From Pyrobaculum sp. (GTDB lineage Archaea; Thermoproteota; Thermoprotei; Thermoproteales; Thermoproteaceae), in the NCBI GenBank assembly GCA_046293555.1, contig JBKBOT010000002.1, forward strand, positions 15,765-79,764: 64,000 nt of DNA, given 5' to 3'. The notes beneath the pieces were generated by a model. The model made no database searches, was not told the DNA's origin, and saw only the letters and a list, made by a program, of their open reading frames with translations. Numbering within the stretch: the first letter of the stretch is position 1; the number at the start of each line of letters is the position of its first letter. The position numbers were made by a program, and so were the translations under genes. Of this stretch, positions 47,283-57,568 are shown one piece after another.

Positions 47283-48386
47283 ATGGGAGACGTATATATC
47301 GTCGGCGGCGCCTTTCATCCAGTGGGCCGGCATTATGGAAAAAATATTGACGACATGGCAGCTCAGGTCTTAGACAAGGCGTTGACAGACGCGAGGGCGG
47401 ATATAGATGCGTTATATGTGGCCTCTTCTACTACCGAGCTGGCAAATAGGCAGCAGCTACTAGGCGTCTACATACTAGAGTCCTTGGGGCTAGACAAGAT
47501 TCCCGTATTTAGGATAGAAAACGGAGATGGCTCGGGCGGCGCCGCGGTGGCTGCAGCCTACGACGCCCTGAGGGCAGAGGAGTACAACTGTGTGGCCGTT
47601 GTAGGCGTGGATAAGCCTAACGACGTATTAAGTAACCAACAACAAGATATCTACGCGACTACACTTGACACATACTTTGAGAGATATTTCGGAATTACCT
47701 CCCTGTCATATGCGGCGATAATGACAAAAATGTATTTAAAGAAGTATGAATATAAATATGAGGACTTGGCCTTATGGCCTGTCCTCATGCATAAACACGG
47801 CGTCTCGAACCCATATGCCTACTTCAGAAGACAGATCAAGCTAGAAGATGTGTTAAACAGCGAGTTGGTCAGCGAACCGCTTCGACTATATGACATAGGC
47901 CCTCTTGGAGACGGCGCGGCGGCTGTAGTTATGTGTAACAAGAAAGACGGCCCACGTATCTTGTCTATTGCCACCTCTACAAACGCCACGCCCTTCGGCT
48001 TAAGGCAGGAATATGACCATCTCGTAAGTTTACTAACCGCGGCAGAGCTGGCATACAGAAAGGCGAAAATTACGCCGCGGGATGTGGCCACCGCAGAGGT
48101 TCACGACTCTTTCTCTATCTTTGGCGTGTTGGCTGTAGAGGGGTTGGGAATTGTGAAGAGAGGAAGCGCCCTGTTGGCACTAAAAGATGGAGACCTTTTG
48201 GCGAATTACAGTGGAGGTTTTAAGGCGAGGGGCAACACTCTCGGAGCTTCTGGCATCTACCAGTTACTAGAGGTGACGTGGCAGCTACAGGGGAAGGAGT
48301 TTAAACGTGTAGATGGGAACTACGGCGTAGTTCACAACATGGGCGGCGTGGATAGAATTTCGACTGTTGTCGTAATTGGAATATGA
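47283..48386 (+). CDS. thiolase-family protein (acetoacetyl-CoA thiolase-like)
   Basis: NPYA, DGAAAV, EVHD, HNMGG; in an operon with DUF35 and HMG-CoA synthase. Confidence 0.85.
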   Translation: MGDVYIVGGAFHPVGRHYGKNIDDMAAQVLDKALTDARADIDALYVASSTTELANRQQLLGVYILESLGLDKIPVFRIENGDGSGGAAVAAAYDALRAEEYNCVAVVGVDKPNDVLSNQQQDIYATTLDTYFERYFGITSLSYAAIMTKMYLKKYEYKYEDLALWPVLMHKHGVSNPYAYFRRQIKLEDVLNSELVSEPLRLYDIGPLGDGAAAVVMCNKKDGPRILSIATSTNATPFGLRQEYDHLVSLLTAAELAYRKAKITPRDVATAEVHDSFSIFGVLAVEGLGIVKRGSALLALKDGDLLANYSGGFKARGNTLGASGIYQLLEVTWQLQGKEFKRVDGNYGVVHNMGGVDRISTVVVIGI

Positions 48387-48418
48387 CAAAACATAAAAAA
48401 ATAAAACAATAAAGTCCT

Positions 48419-48817
48419 ATGAGACACGAGTCTGTCCCAATATATTGGAGAAATATCCCCCAGTATTACCGGCTGGTAGCTAAGAGATGTAAGAAATGTG
48501 GCTCTACTTACTACCCACCTGTGGCTAGGTGTAAATGTGGCTCTCCAGACTTAGCGGATGTGGAACTCCCACATGAGGGCAAGTTGGTAGAATACACCGT
48601 GTTGTACCAAGTGGGCACAGACTTTTTAAAACAAAAGCCTCTAATCATAGGCCTTGTGGAGATCTCTGACGGCATAAAGATACCCGCACAGATAGTAGAC
48701 ATACAGCCAGACAAGTTGACAGCCGGCATGAAGGTAGAGGCGGTCTTCAGGAGAGTTACCGCAGACGGAAGACACGGCTTGGTTATGTACGGCTATAAGT
48801 TTAGACCTGTGGAGTAG
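48419..48817 (+). CDS. DUF35 Zn-ribbon/OB-fold scaffold protein
   Basis: CKKCG..YYPP..C.C, YGYKFRP. Confidence 0.9.
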   Translation: MRHESVPIYWRNIPQYYRLVAKRCKKCGSTYYPPVARCKCGSPDLADVELPHEGKLVEYTVLYQVGTDFLKQKPLIIGLVEISDGIKIPAQIVDIQPDKLTAGMKVEAVFRRVTADGRHGLVMYGYKFRPVE

Positions 48818-48819
48818 CC

Positions 48820-49872
48820 ATGGGGAAAGTTGGCGTAGTGAGCTGGGGCGCCTATATCCCCAAATACCGTATTAAAACAGAGGAAGTTGCCAGAATTTGG
48901 GGCGACGACCCCCTACGTATTGTAGACGTCTATCTAGTTGATGAAAAAAGCGTGGAGGGTATAGACGAAGACGCGGTAACTATTGCGGTAGAGGCTGCAC
49001 GTAGAGCGGTAAAGAGGGGCGGCATAGACCCCAGACGGATAGGCGCGATATATGTAGGCACAGAGTCAAAGCCATATGCAGTAAAGCCAGTTTCTTCAAT
49101 CCTGATAGACGCGTTAGGCCTAGATAACAACGTGTTTGCAGTAGATATGGAGTTTGCATGTAAGGCAGGTAGCGAGGGGCTCGTGGCCGCGATGGGCCTT
49201 GTGGAGTCTGGACGTATAGAATACGGCATGTCTGTAGGGACAGACACGTCGCAGGGAGAGCCTGGAGAACACCTAGAGTACTCCGCAAGTAGCGGGGGGG
49301 CGGCCTTTATAGTGGGGAAAGTCGGCGTGGTGGCAGAAGTGGAGGCCATGTACTCATATGTTTCAGATACGCCAGATTTCTGGAGGCGTGAAGGCTCGCC
49401 ATACCCCATGCATGGCGAAGGGTTCACGGGGGAGCCTGCCTACTTTAGACATATCGTAAATGCGGCAAGGGGGCTTATGGAAAAACATGGCTACAAGCCC
49501 ACAGATTTCACATACGCGGTTTTCCACCAGCCTAACGGCCGGTTTCCTGTACGTGCGGCATCTATGTTAAACATACCCATAGAGAAGGTCAAGCCCGGCA
49601 TCGTGGTGACTCACATTGGAAATACCTACAACGCCTCTGCGTTAATGGGGTTTGCAAAAATTCTAGACATCGCAAAGCCGGGAGACAGGGTATTACTAGT
49701 GACATTTGGCAGCGGCGCGGGCTCTAACGCCATTGTTTTCACTATCACAGATTTAATACAGGAAAGACAGAAGGCATATGTGTCCACTGTGGAGAAAATG
49801 CTTCAGAACAAAATCTATATAGACTATTCGCAATACCTAAAGATGCGTAAAATGATAAAGCTATTTGAATAA
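48820..49872 (+). CDS. HMG-CoA synthase
   Basis: [35 protein letters not shown]. Confidence 0.95.
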   Translation: MGKVGVVSWGAYIPKYRIKTEEVARIWGDDPLRIVDVYLVDEKSVEGIDEDAVTIAVEAARRAVKRGGIDPRRIGAIYVGTESKPYAVKPVSSILIDALGLDNNVFAVDMEFACKAGSEGLVAAMGLVESGRIEYGMSVGTDTSQGEPGEHLEYSASSGGAAFIVGKVGVVAEVEAMYSYVSDTPDFWRREGSPYPMHGEGFTGEPAYFRHIVNAARGLMEKHGYKPTDFTYAVFHQPNGRFPVRAASMLNIPIEKVKPGIVVTHIGNTYNASALMGFAKILDIAKPGDRVLLVTFGSGAGSNAIVFTITDLIQERQKAYVSTVEKMLQNKIYIDYSQYLKMRKMIKLFE

Positions 49873-49919
49873 TACGTGATTTAAACACCAGAGAAAAAAA
49901 GATAGCTAATTTTTTCTAC

Positions 49920-50138
49920 ATGCCGAAAAGACAGACAGACAAGGTATACGAGAGAAAAGAACAGGTAGTAGAATTCTTAAAAACACATGGCGAGCTTACT
50001 ACAAGCAGGTTAATACAACTCACGGGGCTAAGCCACTCACAGATTTTCTACATCTTAAAGCTGTTAGAAAGAGAAAACATAATTAAAGAAATTAAACGGG
50101 GTAAGATCGCCTACTGGAGGCTGATAAACAGTTTTTAA
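49920..50138 (+). CDS. small winged-helix DNA-binding protein
   Basis: GELTTSRL..TGLSHSQIFYILKLLER...RGKIAYW. Confidence 0.75.
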   Translation: MPKRQTDKVYERKEQVVEFLKTHGELTTSRLIQLTGLSHSQIFYILKLLERENIIKEIKRGKIAYWRLINSF

Positions 50139-50157
50139 GCTGTAAAAAGGAGATATA

Positions 50158-50733
50158 GTGTTAACAGAGCTATATAAAGGCGGCAAGATAAGACAGGAGA
50201 CGCTAGGAGTCCTCGCAAAGACTGTCATATGCGCAAAGCTAGGCTGTCTCGTCACAGGCCCCGAGGTAGTTCTTGAAAACACGGTGTTACAGCTGGCAGA
50301 AGCGCTCACGGCGCCGCCAAAGCCGCCGAAGGCCACGAGACAGCCTCCCCCACCTCCCAAACCCCCTCCACACTCTCCACAAGAGCCTCCAAAAAGCGTG
50401 GAGAAGAAAGTAACAACTCTACGCCAAGAGACGCTACTAGAGGTAAGACGCGACACACAGTGGGACTTCTTGGTATCACTACTTGTAGAAGAGGTGAAAA
50501 TAGATCCGCCTAAGGCAGACTCCTTGCTTACGGCATTTTTTAACTACATGTCTATATACCCAAGCGTGGGCGTATTTAGGCTTATAGAAGACCTCTCTAG
50601 AATCACCAAGATGGAGCCCAATGTGGTTAAGACGGCCGTAGAGATCTTGAGATCTACAGACCTAATAGAGGTGCGAGAAGACGGAGTGGTAAACATAAAG
50701 AAGGTAATTAAAAAAGGCGAGATACCTCTTTAG
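50158..50733 (+). CDS. hypothetical protein with a proline-rich linker and C-terminal wHTH-like domain
   Basis: APPKPPKATRQPPPPPKPPP; C-terminal HTH followed by a wing. Confidence 0.65.
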   Translation: MLTELYKGGKIRQETLGVLAKTVICAKLGCLVTGPEVVLENTVLQLAEALTAPPKPPKATRQPPPPPKPPPHSPQEPPKSVEKKVTTLRQETLLEVRRDTQWDFLVSLLVEEVKIDPPKADSLLTAFFNYMSIYPSVGVFRLIEDLSRITKMEPNVVKTAVEILRSTDLIEVREDGVVNIKKVIKKGEIPL

Positions 50734-51065
50734 CCCCTCTTTGCTGGTATATAAACTTCCGTCCGGTGTCCCTTAGCCACTAGTATCAAGTCGCCCCTAT
50801 CTCGCAAATTACGTAATACTCTATACGCCACAGACATCTTTATGCCATATTTCGACGCGACTTCGTAGGGAGTTACCACCTTCATAGATTGGACCTCTCT
50901 AGCGATTGTCTGGAAGACCTTTTCTTCCAACATCTGTATAGTCCTCTTGGCGGCCCCCTCTTCCTTCTTTACTTCTTTCTTCCCCTTTTGAGGCTGTTGT
51001 TGTGCCTTCTCCTTTTCAGCCTTCTTGGAAAGCTGGCTTAACGTGGGCTTTTTCTTCCCACCCAT
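50730..51065 (-). CDS. rps25e: 30S ribosomal protein S25e
   Basis: MGGKKK, VVTPYEVASKYGIKMSVA...LR. Confidence 0.93.
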   Translation of the reverse strand: MGGKKKPTLSQLSKKAEKEKAQQQPQKGKKEVKKEEGAAKRTIQMLEEKVFQTIAREVQSMKVVTPYEVASKYGIKMSVAYRVLRNLRDRGDLILVAKGHRTEVYIPAKRG

Positions 51066-51119
51066 CGAGTTGGGGGGTGTGGATATTTAAAATATTTTCT
51101 CTATATCCAGCCATGTATA

Positions 51120-51127
51120 TTTAAATA
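51120..51127 (+). promoter_or_regulatory. TATA box for tbp (divergent TATA for rps25e at about 51083-51092)
   Basis: TTTAAATA about 20-27 nt upstream of ATG 51147. Confidence 0.55.
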
Positions 51128-51146
51128 GGGTTATATAAACTCTCAT

Positions 51147-51740
51147 ATGTCTTCAAGAGGGCCCTCTTACCGCATTGAGAATATTGTTGCTACAGTAAAT
51201 CTCGGGGCAGAGCTCGACTTAGAGAGGCTGGCAGAACGACTCACAATGGCTGAATACAACCCAGACCAATTCCCCGGCCTAATCTTAAGACTTACAAAAC
51301 CTAGAATCTCCGCCTTAATTTTCCGTACTGGCAAAATGGTGTGTACTGGCGCAAAAAACGAAGAAGACCTGAAAAATGCCGTAAGAGCTTTAGTCAAACT
51401 GCTTAATGACCACGGGGCGGAAGTGCCCTTCGACCCGGAGGTCCAAGTTCAAAATATTGTGGCTAGTGGCAACCTGCCCGCAGAGGTGGACTTAGAGCAA
51501 GCCGTGTTGATGCTAGAAAACGCCATGTATGAACCAGAGCAGTTCCCCGGCCTTATCTACAGGATGACTTCTCCCAGAGTAGTGATATTGATCTTCGGCT
51601 CTGGCAAGATTGTATGTACTGGCGCCAAGTCTGAAAGAGACGTGGCCACGGCGGTAGAGAGGCTATATAGCCAGCTAAAAGGATTGGGGGTGTTATACAT
51701 TGAGGAGGAGAAAGAGGAAGAGTTTGAAGAGGAGTTGTGA
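51147..51740 (+). CDS. tbp: TATA-box-binding protein
   Basis: Two repeats NIVA...YNPDQFPGL / YEPEQFPGL...GK.VCTGAK; acidic tail. Confidence 0.98.
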   Translation: MSSRGPSYRIENIVATVNLGAELDLERLAERLTMAEYNPDQFPGLILRLTKPRISALIFRTGKMVCTGAKNEEDLKNAVRALVKLLNDHGAEVPFDPEVQVQNIVASGNLPAEVDLEQAVLMLENAMYEPEQFPGLIYRMTSPRVVILIFGSGKIVCTGAKSERDVATAVERLYSQLKGLGVLYIEEEKEEEFEEEL

Positions 51741-52219
51741 TTTTTTTGTATACAGAAGACATATTGGATGTAGACCTAAACCAGGTGGTACCCACATGTG
51801 AGATATACGACAGGAGGGTTGTTCCCCTGGTTGGCGAAGATATGCAATGTATACGTAACGTGATATATAAGACGAGCCAGGGCCTGGCGGTCAAGACTAG
51901 AAACAAGCTGTTGGCGGCCTTTCTAAGAGAGCTAAGGCCCGACTTGACGATATATATCTGGGGGGCCCCCATGAGAGCTAAAAACATCGTGCCGATATAT
52001 TCTGGCAACTATAGGGGGCCGGGCATTTACTACGTAAAGACTACTCAAGAGCTCAAATCGCTGTGGGGGAAGCCCGTAGATGGCGTCATGTTAGACGTCA
52101 GAGGGTTTAACCCATATCTTCTAGAGCTAGTTGTTAAAAACAAGGTACACTGTTGTAAAGACTGCCACATAGTAGAGAAGCTGGCATGTAACGCCTATAG
52201 AGAGGTAGAAATTTTATGA
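51737..52219 (+). CDS. hypothetical protein
   Basis: ORF coupled to tbp and hjc; Cys-rich C-terminus. Confidence 0.65.
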   Translation: MIFLYTEDILDVDLNQVVPTCEIYDRRVVPLVGEDMQCIRNVIYKTSQGLAVKTRNKLLAAFLRELRPDLTIYIWGAPMRAKNIVPIYSGNYRGPGIYYVKTTQELKSLWGKPVDGVMLDVRGFNPYLLELVVKNKVHCCKDCHIVEKLACNAYREVEIL

Positions 52220-52617
52220 ACGTAAAACGGAAGGGCTCCACAAAAGAGAGAGAGCTTGCCAACCACTTTTGGGAACGTGGGTGTGCGGTATTACGCGGCT
52301 GCTCTTCTGGAGGGGGCATTAGGAAGAGATATGTGCCAGATCTGGTGGCAATATGTAGAGAAAAGGTGTTAATTTTCGAGGTGAAGTATAGGTCAAAATA
52401 CGGCACGATAGCTGTCGAGAGTAAAAAAATTGAGAAACTCCTAGATTTTGCCAAACGTGCAGGTGGCGAGGCCTTTCTCCTTGTTAAATATGGCAAAAAT
52501 CCCTGGAAGGTGTTAAAAGCCGCCGAGAGGGTAGGCAAGGAGGACTACAAAAAGGCCATGGAGCTGCGGGCATTTCTCGAGACTATTTTCTCGCAGAGGG
52601 TAGACCAGTATTTTTAA
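52216..52617 (+). CDS. hjc: Holliday junction resolvase
   Basis: KGS.KERE, SGGG, PDLVA, FEVK. Confidence 0.92.
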   Translation: MNVKRKGSTKERELANHFWERGCAVLRGCSSGGGIRKRYVPDLVAICREKVLIFEVKYRSKYGTIAVESKKIEKLLDFAKRAGGEAFLLVKYGKNPWKVLKAAERVGKEDYKKAMELRAFLETIFSQRVDQYF

Positions 52618-52637
52618 GTTAGGTAGTTTGACGTTCT

Positions 52638-52871
52638 GTGAGAGAATTTGAGAAAACTATAGAGCTCATAAAGAGGTCTGGCGCCGGCGTTGTGAAATAT
52701 GTAAAATATGGCCAAACAGAAGTTGGCACATATTATATAAAGATATTTTTGCTAAAACCAATTGACATAAAAATTGTTTTTGATGTAATAAAGGAGTTTG
52801 AAAAAGGCTATAGTATTAAGATTTATGCGCCACACGCCCGGGCGATAAGACTCGACTTAAAGAAGAAATAA
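52638..52871 (+). CDS. hypothetical protein
   Basis: 77-aa ORF filling the gap. Confidence 0.6.
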   Translation: MREFEKTIELIKRSGAGVVKYVKYGQTEVGTYYIKIFLLKPIDIKIVFDVIKEFEKGYSIKIYAPHARAIRLDLKKK

Positions 52872-52893
52872 AAATCTCTATATTCTGGACATT

Positions 52894-53571
52894 ATGCAGG
52901 TGCGGTGGCTGGGACATGCCGCATTTATGGTAGAGATATCTAACGCAAGGCTGTTAATTGACCCCTGGATCTCCAACCCGCTATCTCCCGTATCTCTACA
53001 GGACATAATAAACGCCAAGCCTACCCACATATTGTTGACTCACGACCATTTTGACCACTTGGGGGAATCTGTAGACATAGCGAAAGCCACGGGGGCCCCC
53101 ATTATGGGGACCTACGAGCTGACGCTTGAGATGGCTGAAAAGGGGATAGCAGAGGCGCAGACCATCCCAATGAACATAGGGGGCACAGTGAAACTTGGCG
53201 ATGGGGTAGAGGTCTACATGACGCCAGCCCTCCATACGGCCAATAGGGGGGCCCCGTCGGGGTTTGTGATATCGACGCCCGAAGGCGTTATATACCACGC
53301 TGGCGACACAGCTCTGTTTAGAGACATGGAGCTTATAGGCCAGCTTTACGACATAGATGTGGCCTTGTTGCCTATTGGGAGTGTCTTCACCATGGGCCCC
53401 CGCGAGGCCGCCTTGGCGACACAGATGTTGACACCCAGGAGGGTGGTGCCCATGCATTACAACACATTTCCGCTAATTAGACAAGACCCAGAGGACTTCA
53501 AGTCGAGAGTTGAGGCCATCTCTCGCGTAAAGGTCTACGTGATGAAGCCAGGCGACGTGTTGAAAATCTAA
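52894..53571 (+). CDS. UPF0173 metallo-beta-lactamase-fold hydrolase
   Basis: WLGHA, THDHFDH, MNIGG, YHAGDT, PMHYNTFP. Confidence 0.92.
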   Translation: MQVRWLGHAAFMVEISNARLLIDPWISNPLSPVSLQDIINAKPTHILLTHDHFDHLGESVDIAKATGAPIMGTYELTLEMAEKGIAEAQTIPMNIGGTVKLGDGVEVYMTPALHTANRGAPSGFVISTPEGVIYHAGDTALFRDMELIGQLYDIDVALLPIGSVFTMGPREAALATQMLTPRRVVPMHYNTFPLIRQDPEDFKSRVEAISRVKVYVMKPGDVLKI

Positions 53572-53600
53572 TTTTTAAATACCACCTTCCAACCTCCCCC

Positions 53601-54959
53601 ATGTTTCACGTATTTGACGTGGTGGTAGCCGGCGGCGGTACGGCCGGAGCATATATTTCTTACCTCCTGTCGAAAGCCGGCTTTAAGGTGGCTCTACTGG
53701 AGTCAAAAAGTGGCGACCAGCTTGGGGTAAAGACTTGTGGCGACGGGCTGGGATTGCACCATGTGGAGCGCATGTCTCGTCACCTCCAGCCAAACCCCAA
53801 GGTGTTTCAAAACAAGATAGAGGGGGTCGAGTTGATAAGTCCAGACGAGAAGACGCGACTTACCATAAGGGGCGAGGGGTATGTGTTAGACCGGTTTAGA
53901 TGGGGTAAGTGGCTTATCGAAGAGGCCGTGAGGGCTGGCGCCACTCTATTTGAAGGCCATACGGCCACAACGCCGTTGGTAGAAAACGGCAAGGTGGTTG
54001 GCGTAAAGGCTGTGGAGAGGAAAGGCGGCGTGACCATGGAGTTTAGGGCGAGGGTGGTGGTGGACTCCACAGGCTCTGCGGCAATTTTGAGGACAAAGTT
54101 AGACGGATGGCTGATATCAGAGCGGCTACATCCAGAAGACGTCTCACATGCATATAGAGAGATTATATACATAGAAAAGCCCATCGAAAGGCCGGAATAC
54201 ATAAAGATCTATCTAGACATGACTGTAGCGCCTGGGGGGTATTGGTGGATCTTTCCACGGAGCGCCACAATGCTTAACGTAGGGCTGGGGATTTGGGGGG
54301 TCTTGAAACAAAACCCGAGAGCTAACTACGACAAGTTCATTTTGCCCAGATTTAAAGTGACGGAGAAATATCACATCGGTGGGGGCTTTATACCGACGAG
54401 AAGGCCGCTTAGATCTCTTGTGGGCAGCGGCATGGTGGCATTAGGAGATGCGGCTGCTGCGGTAAATCCCATTCACGGCGGCGGTATCGGGCAGGCCTTA
54501 TTGACGGCAGAGCTGGCCTCTAAGGTGGTCGCAAGGGCCTTTGAGACTGGCGACTTCTCTGAAGAGGGGCTTTGGGAATATAACGTGTTATACATGCGGG
54601 AGTGGGGCTATAGACAGGCGCAACTAGACGTGCTTAGGCTAATGCTACAGACTTTAGATAATGACGATCTGAATTTTGGCTTGTCGCGTAAGATCTTAAA
54701 CGAGGAAGAGATCTACCACCTGGCTGCAAAAGGGACAAACCTCTCGCTTTTAGACAAGTTTAGGATCATGATGCAGTTTATGGGGAGGCCCGCCTTGATT
54801 AAAAAACTCAGTCTCTCTATCCAATACGCCAAAGAGATTGGCGACTTGTACTACTCATATCCTCAACACAGATCTGACCTAGAAAGGTGGCATTGGCAGG
54901 TGGTACAGAGTTATAACGAGTTTAGAGACAGGGTTGGCCTGGGCCCTCTGCCTACCTAA
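53601..54959 (+). CDS. geranylgeranyl reductase family (digeranylgeranylglycerophospholipid reductase)
   Basis: GGGTAG, KTCGDG, PGGYWWIFP, GDAA..VNPIHGGG. Confidence 0.9.
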   Translation: MFHVFDVVVAGGGTAGAYISYLLSKAGFKVALLESKSGDQLGVKTCGDGLGLHHVERMSRHLQPNPKVFQNKIEGVELISPDEKTRLTIRGEGYVLDRFRWGKWLIEEAVRAGATLFEGHTATTPLVENGKVVGVKAVERKGGVTMEFRARVVVDSTGSAAILRTKLDGWLISERLHPEDVSHAYREIIYIEKPIERPEYIKIYLDMTVAPGGYWWIFPRSATMLNVGLGIWGVLKQNPRANYDKFILPRFKVTEKYHIGGGFIPTRRPLRSLVGSGMVALGDAAAAVNPIHGGGIGQALLTAELASKVVARAFETGDFSEEGLWEYNVLYMREWGYRQAQLDVLRLMLQTLDNDDLNFGLSRKILNEEEIYHLAAKGTNLSLLDKFRIMMQFMGRPALIKKLSLSIQYAKEIGDLYYSYPQHRSDLERWHWQVVQSYNEFRDRVGLGPLPT

Positions 54960-55516
54960 TGGCCACAGAGTTTTTGGAATATGTAAAACTTCTCTACCAA
55001 AGAGGCCACCTCACACTCCTCTCGGGCAATGTGTCTATACGTGACGGCGATTTGATACTCATTACGCCTACCAGCCGTCCAAAACCCTTTTTGACTGTAG
55101 ACGAGCTTGTGTGGATTGACGAATATGGAAATGTGGCGCGGGGCCGCCTGAAGCCGTCTAGCGAGTGGCGGCTACATGTGGAGATATACAAAAGGCGGTA
55201 TGACGTAAGCGCCGTAGTACACACGCACGATGTCTTGCCCACAGTTTTGGCAGAACGTATAGACACCTCGCTGTTGTCTGAGGCAGAGGCCTATCTGGGG
55301 TCTGACATAGCTATTGTGCCATACATAAGGCCAGGCACTTTCGAGCTGGCTGAAGCCACGGCGGCGGCGTTGAGAGAAAAAAATGTGGCTATCCTCCAGA
55401 AACACGGCGTCGTGGCCGTGGGGAGAGACCTAGCAGAGGCGGTAAATAGAATTGAGGTGGTGGTGGATCTAGCCAACGCCGTTTTGTACAGAGAATTAAT
55501 TAAAAACAGGTCTTAA
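54959..55516 (+). CDS. class II aldolase/adducin family protein
   Basis: SGNVS, ITPT, PSSEWRLH, HTH, KHG. Confidence 0.9.
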   Translation: MATEFLEYVKLLYQRGHLTLLSGNVSIRDGDLILITPTSRPKPFLTVDELVWIDEYGNVARGRLKPSSEWRLHVEIYKRRYDVSAVVHTHDVLPTVLAERIDTSLLSEAEAYLGSDIAIVPYIRPGTFELAEATAAALREKNVAILQKHGVVAVGRDLAEAVNRIEVVVDLANAVLYRELIKNRS

Positions 55517-55521
55517 CCCTT

Positions 55522-56154
55522 GTGGAGTGTACCAGCCGTAAGTTATATGCAGACCTACTGGCACTGGCATCTGTAGAGGGGATGTCTATAGCAGAGGCGG
55601 CAAAAGCCCTATGTATGACGCGACAGGGTCTATACAAGTTGGTAAAGTCGCTGAGAGAAAGGGGATATCTTGAAGAAGGCCCCACAGTTGCGCTTTCTCA
55701 AAAAGGTAGAGATTTTTTAAGCTTGTTGCTTAAAGATCTGTTGAAATACTTCAAGATTACGTCAATTAGGCTCTCTGGTTTTGTCACCAGCGGCTTGGGG
55801 GAGGGCGCTTTCTATATGTCGCTAGAGGGCTACAGAAAGTCGCTAGAGAGGGCGCTGGGCTTTTCTCCTTATCCGGGGACGTTAAACATAAGGCTAGACG
55901 CCGAGTCGATACCGCGGAGGAGATATCTAGACGGGCTGCCGGGGGTGTATATACCCGGTTTTTCTAACGGCCTTAGAACCTACGGGGCGGTGAAGGCCTT
56001 TAGAGCCAAGATCGGGGAGGTGGAAGGGGCCGTGGTGATGCCGGAGAGAACACACCACGCCATAGATATAATTGAGGTAATTGCCCCCATGAGGCTTAGA
56101 GATGTCTTAAACCTTAAAGACGGCGACCACGTCGAGATGGAGGTCTATTTATAA
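55522..56154 (+). CDS. ribK: HTH-fused CTP-dependent riboflavin kinase (RbkR-type)
   Basis: SGLGEGAFY, PYPGTLN, PERTHH; N-terminal HTH. Confidence 0.93.
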   Translation: MECTSRKLYADLLALASVEGMSIAEAAKALCMTRQGLYKLVKSLRERGYLEEGPTVALSQKGRDFLSLLLKDLLKYFKITSIRLSGFVTSGLGEGAFYMSLEGYRKSLERALGFSPYPGTLNIRLDAESIPRRRYLDGLPGVYIPGFSNGLRTYGAVKAFRAKIGEVEGAVVMPERTHHAIDIIEVIAPMRLRDVLNLKDGDHVEMEVYL

Positions 56155-56184
56155 GATTTATATAGCCGACGTCTGCGGCTTAGT

Positions 56185-57540
56185 GTGAGAGAGATAGGCA
56201 TTGTGGTCAGTGGTGTTACCATAGGGTCTATACCAGTCCAGATATACCGCGTTGCAGAACGTCACGCGTTAGAAGAACAGCTAGTGGGGGTGGTAGATAG
56301 GGAGAGAGGAGATGAGATAATCGTGGGGTTTCTACGCAGGATAACAAAACTCGAGCCCGTGATTAAAGACAAGGTGAGGACCCCATATGTGGACAAGCCA
56401 GAAATGATGGACCAAGGGGTGCTCCTCCCATATACATCTGCAATTGTAAAGCCCTATGTAAGCATCAAGGGGGGGAAGGTTTGTGAGGTGTCACATGTGG
56501 CCACGCCGGGGTCGAGAGTTTACCTACTCGACTCCTCTACCCTACAGGACGTATTTCTGGGAGACTACAGCCACGTGGGGTTTCATAAGTACTCCCTATG
56601 GCCTCTGCCTTTAGATATAAGCTATGTGACACACCACGTGGGGGTCTTCGGCGCCACGGGTATGGGCAAGTCCCGTCTCGTGAGGGCCTTAATTAACGAG
56701 CTAGCTTCGAGGGGGTATAAAGTGGTGGTTTTTGACCACACGGGGGTTGACTACGCCTCCCACTACCCCACAGTGGTGAGATCTTCTGAGGTAAAGATCC
56801 CCCCAAACGTGTTGGCCTCCGTGTTGGCAAAGGTGACCCAACTCTCGTGGCAGACATACGGCGACTACCTAGAAATTGCCACCATGACGTATGAGTCCAG
56901 TTGGTCAAAAAAGAGCTTTATCGACCACGTGAGGGGGACAATGAGGAGACTTGGCGCAAGAGACGCCACCGTGCAGAAAATGGAGTTATACCTAAGGCTT
57001 ATAGACGACGCCTTTTTTGAGGAGTTAAACAACAGGACCAAGACGCCAAGAGACATCTTGTCTATAGAAAACACGCCGGTGGTGGTAGACCTAAGTTACG
57101 ACACAGACCTCTCTGTAAAACAGGCAATAGTGGCTACAGTCATCGAGGCGGCTTGGGAGGAGGTAAAACGCCAGAAAACACAAAAAAAGACGGTATTTGT
57201 AATAGACGAGGCGCAGAACTACGCCCCGCAGAGCTGGACTATCTCTAAAGACGCCATAGAGACCACAGTGCGGGAGGGGAGGAAGTGGGGCCTCTCTATA
57301 ATATTAGCCAGCCAGAGGATTGTAGGAGATATAGACCCCTCCATAAGGGCAAATCTAGGCACCATATTTTTCTCACGGCTGTCGGCCCCCACAGACCTCA
57401 GAGAGATCTCCACGTACCTAGATCTAGCCGACGTAAACGAGAGCGTTTTGGCGCAACTACAGCCAAGAGAGTTTTTTGTGTCGGGCCTAATGAACCCCCT
57501 ACGCAAGCCGATCTTAATTAAAGTCCGCGACGTAGAGTAA
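56185..57540 (+). CDS. HerA/FtsK-family (DUF87) ATPase with HAS barrel
   Basis: HVGVFGATGMGKS, FDHTG.DY, IDEAQNYAP, REGRKWG, ASQR. Confidence 0.9.
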   Translation: MREIGIVVSGVTIGSIPVQIYRVAERHALEEQLVGVVDRERGDEIIVGFLRRITKLEPVIKDKVRTPYVDKPEMMDQGVLLPYTSAIVKPYVSIKGGKVCEVSHVATPGSRVYLLDSSTLQDVFLGDYSHVGFHKYSLWPLPLDISYVTHHVGVFGATGMGKSRLVRALINELASRGYKVVVFDHTGVDYASHYPTVVRSSEVKIPPNVLASVLAKVTQLSWQTYGDYLEIATMTYESSWSKKSFIDHVRGTMRRLGARDATVQKMELYLRLIDDAFFEELNNRTKTPRDILSIENTPVVVDLSYDTDLSVKQAIVATVIEAAWEEVKRQKTQKKTVFVIDEAQNYAPQSWTISKDAIETTVREGRKWGLSIILASQRIVGDIDPSIRANLGTIFFSRLSAPTDLREISTYLDLADVNESVLAQLQPREFFVSGLMNPLRKPILIKVRDVE

Positions 57541-57568
57541 GTATTTATTTCATAGCCCAGACATCTTC

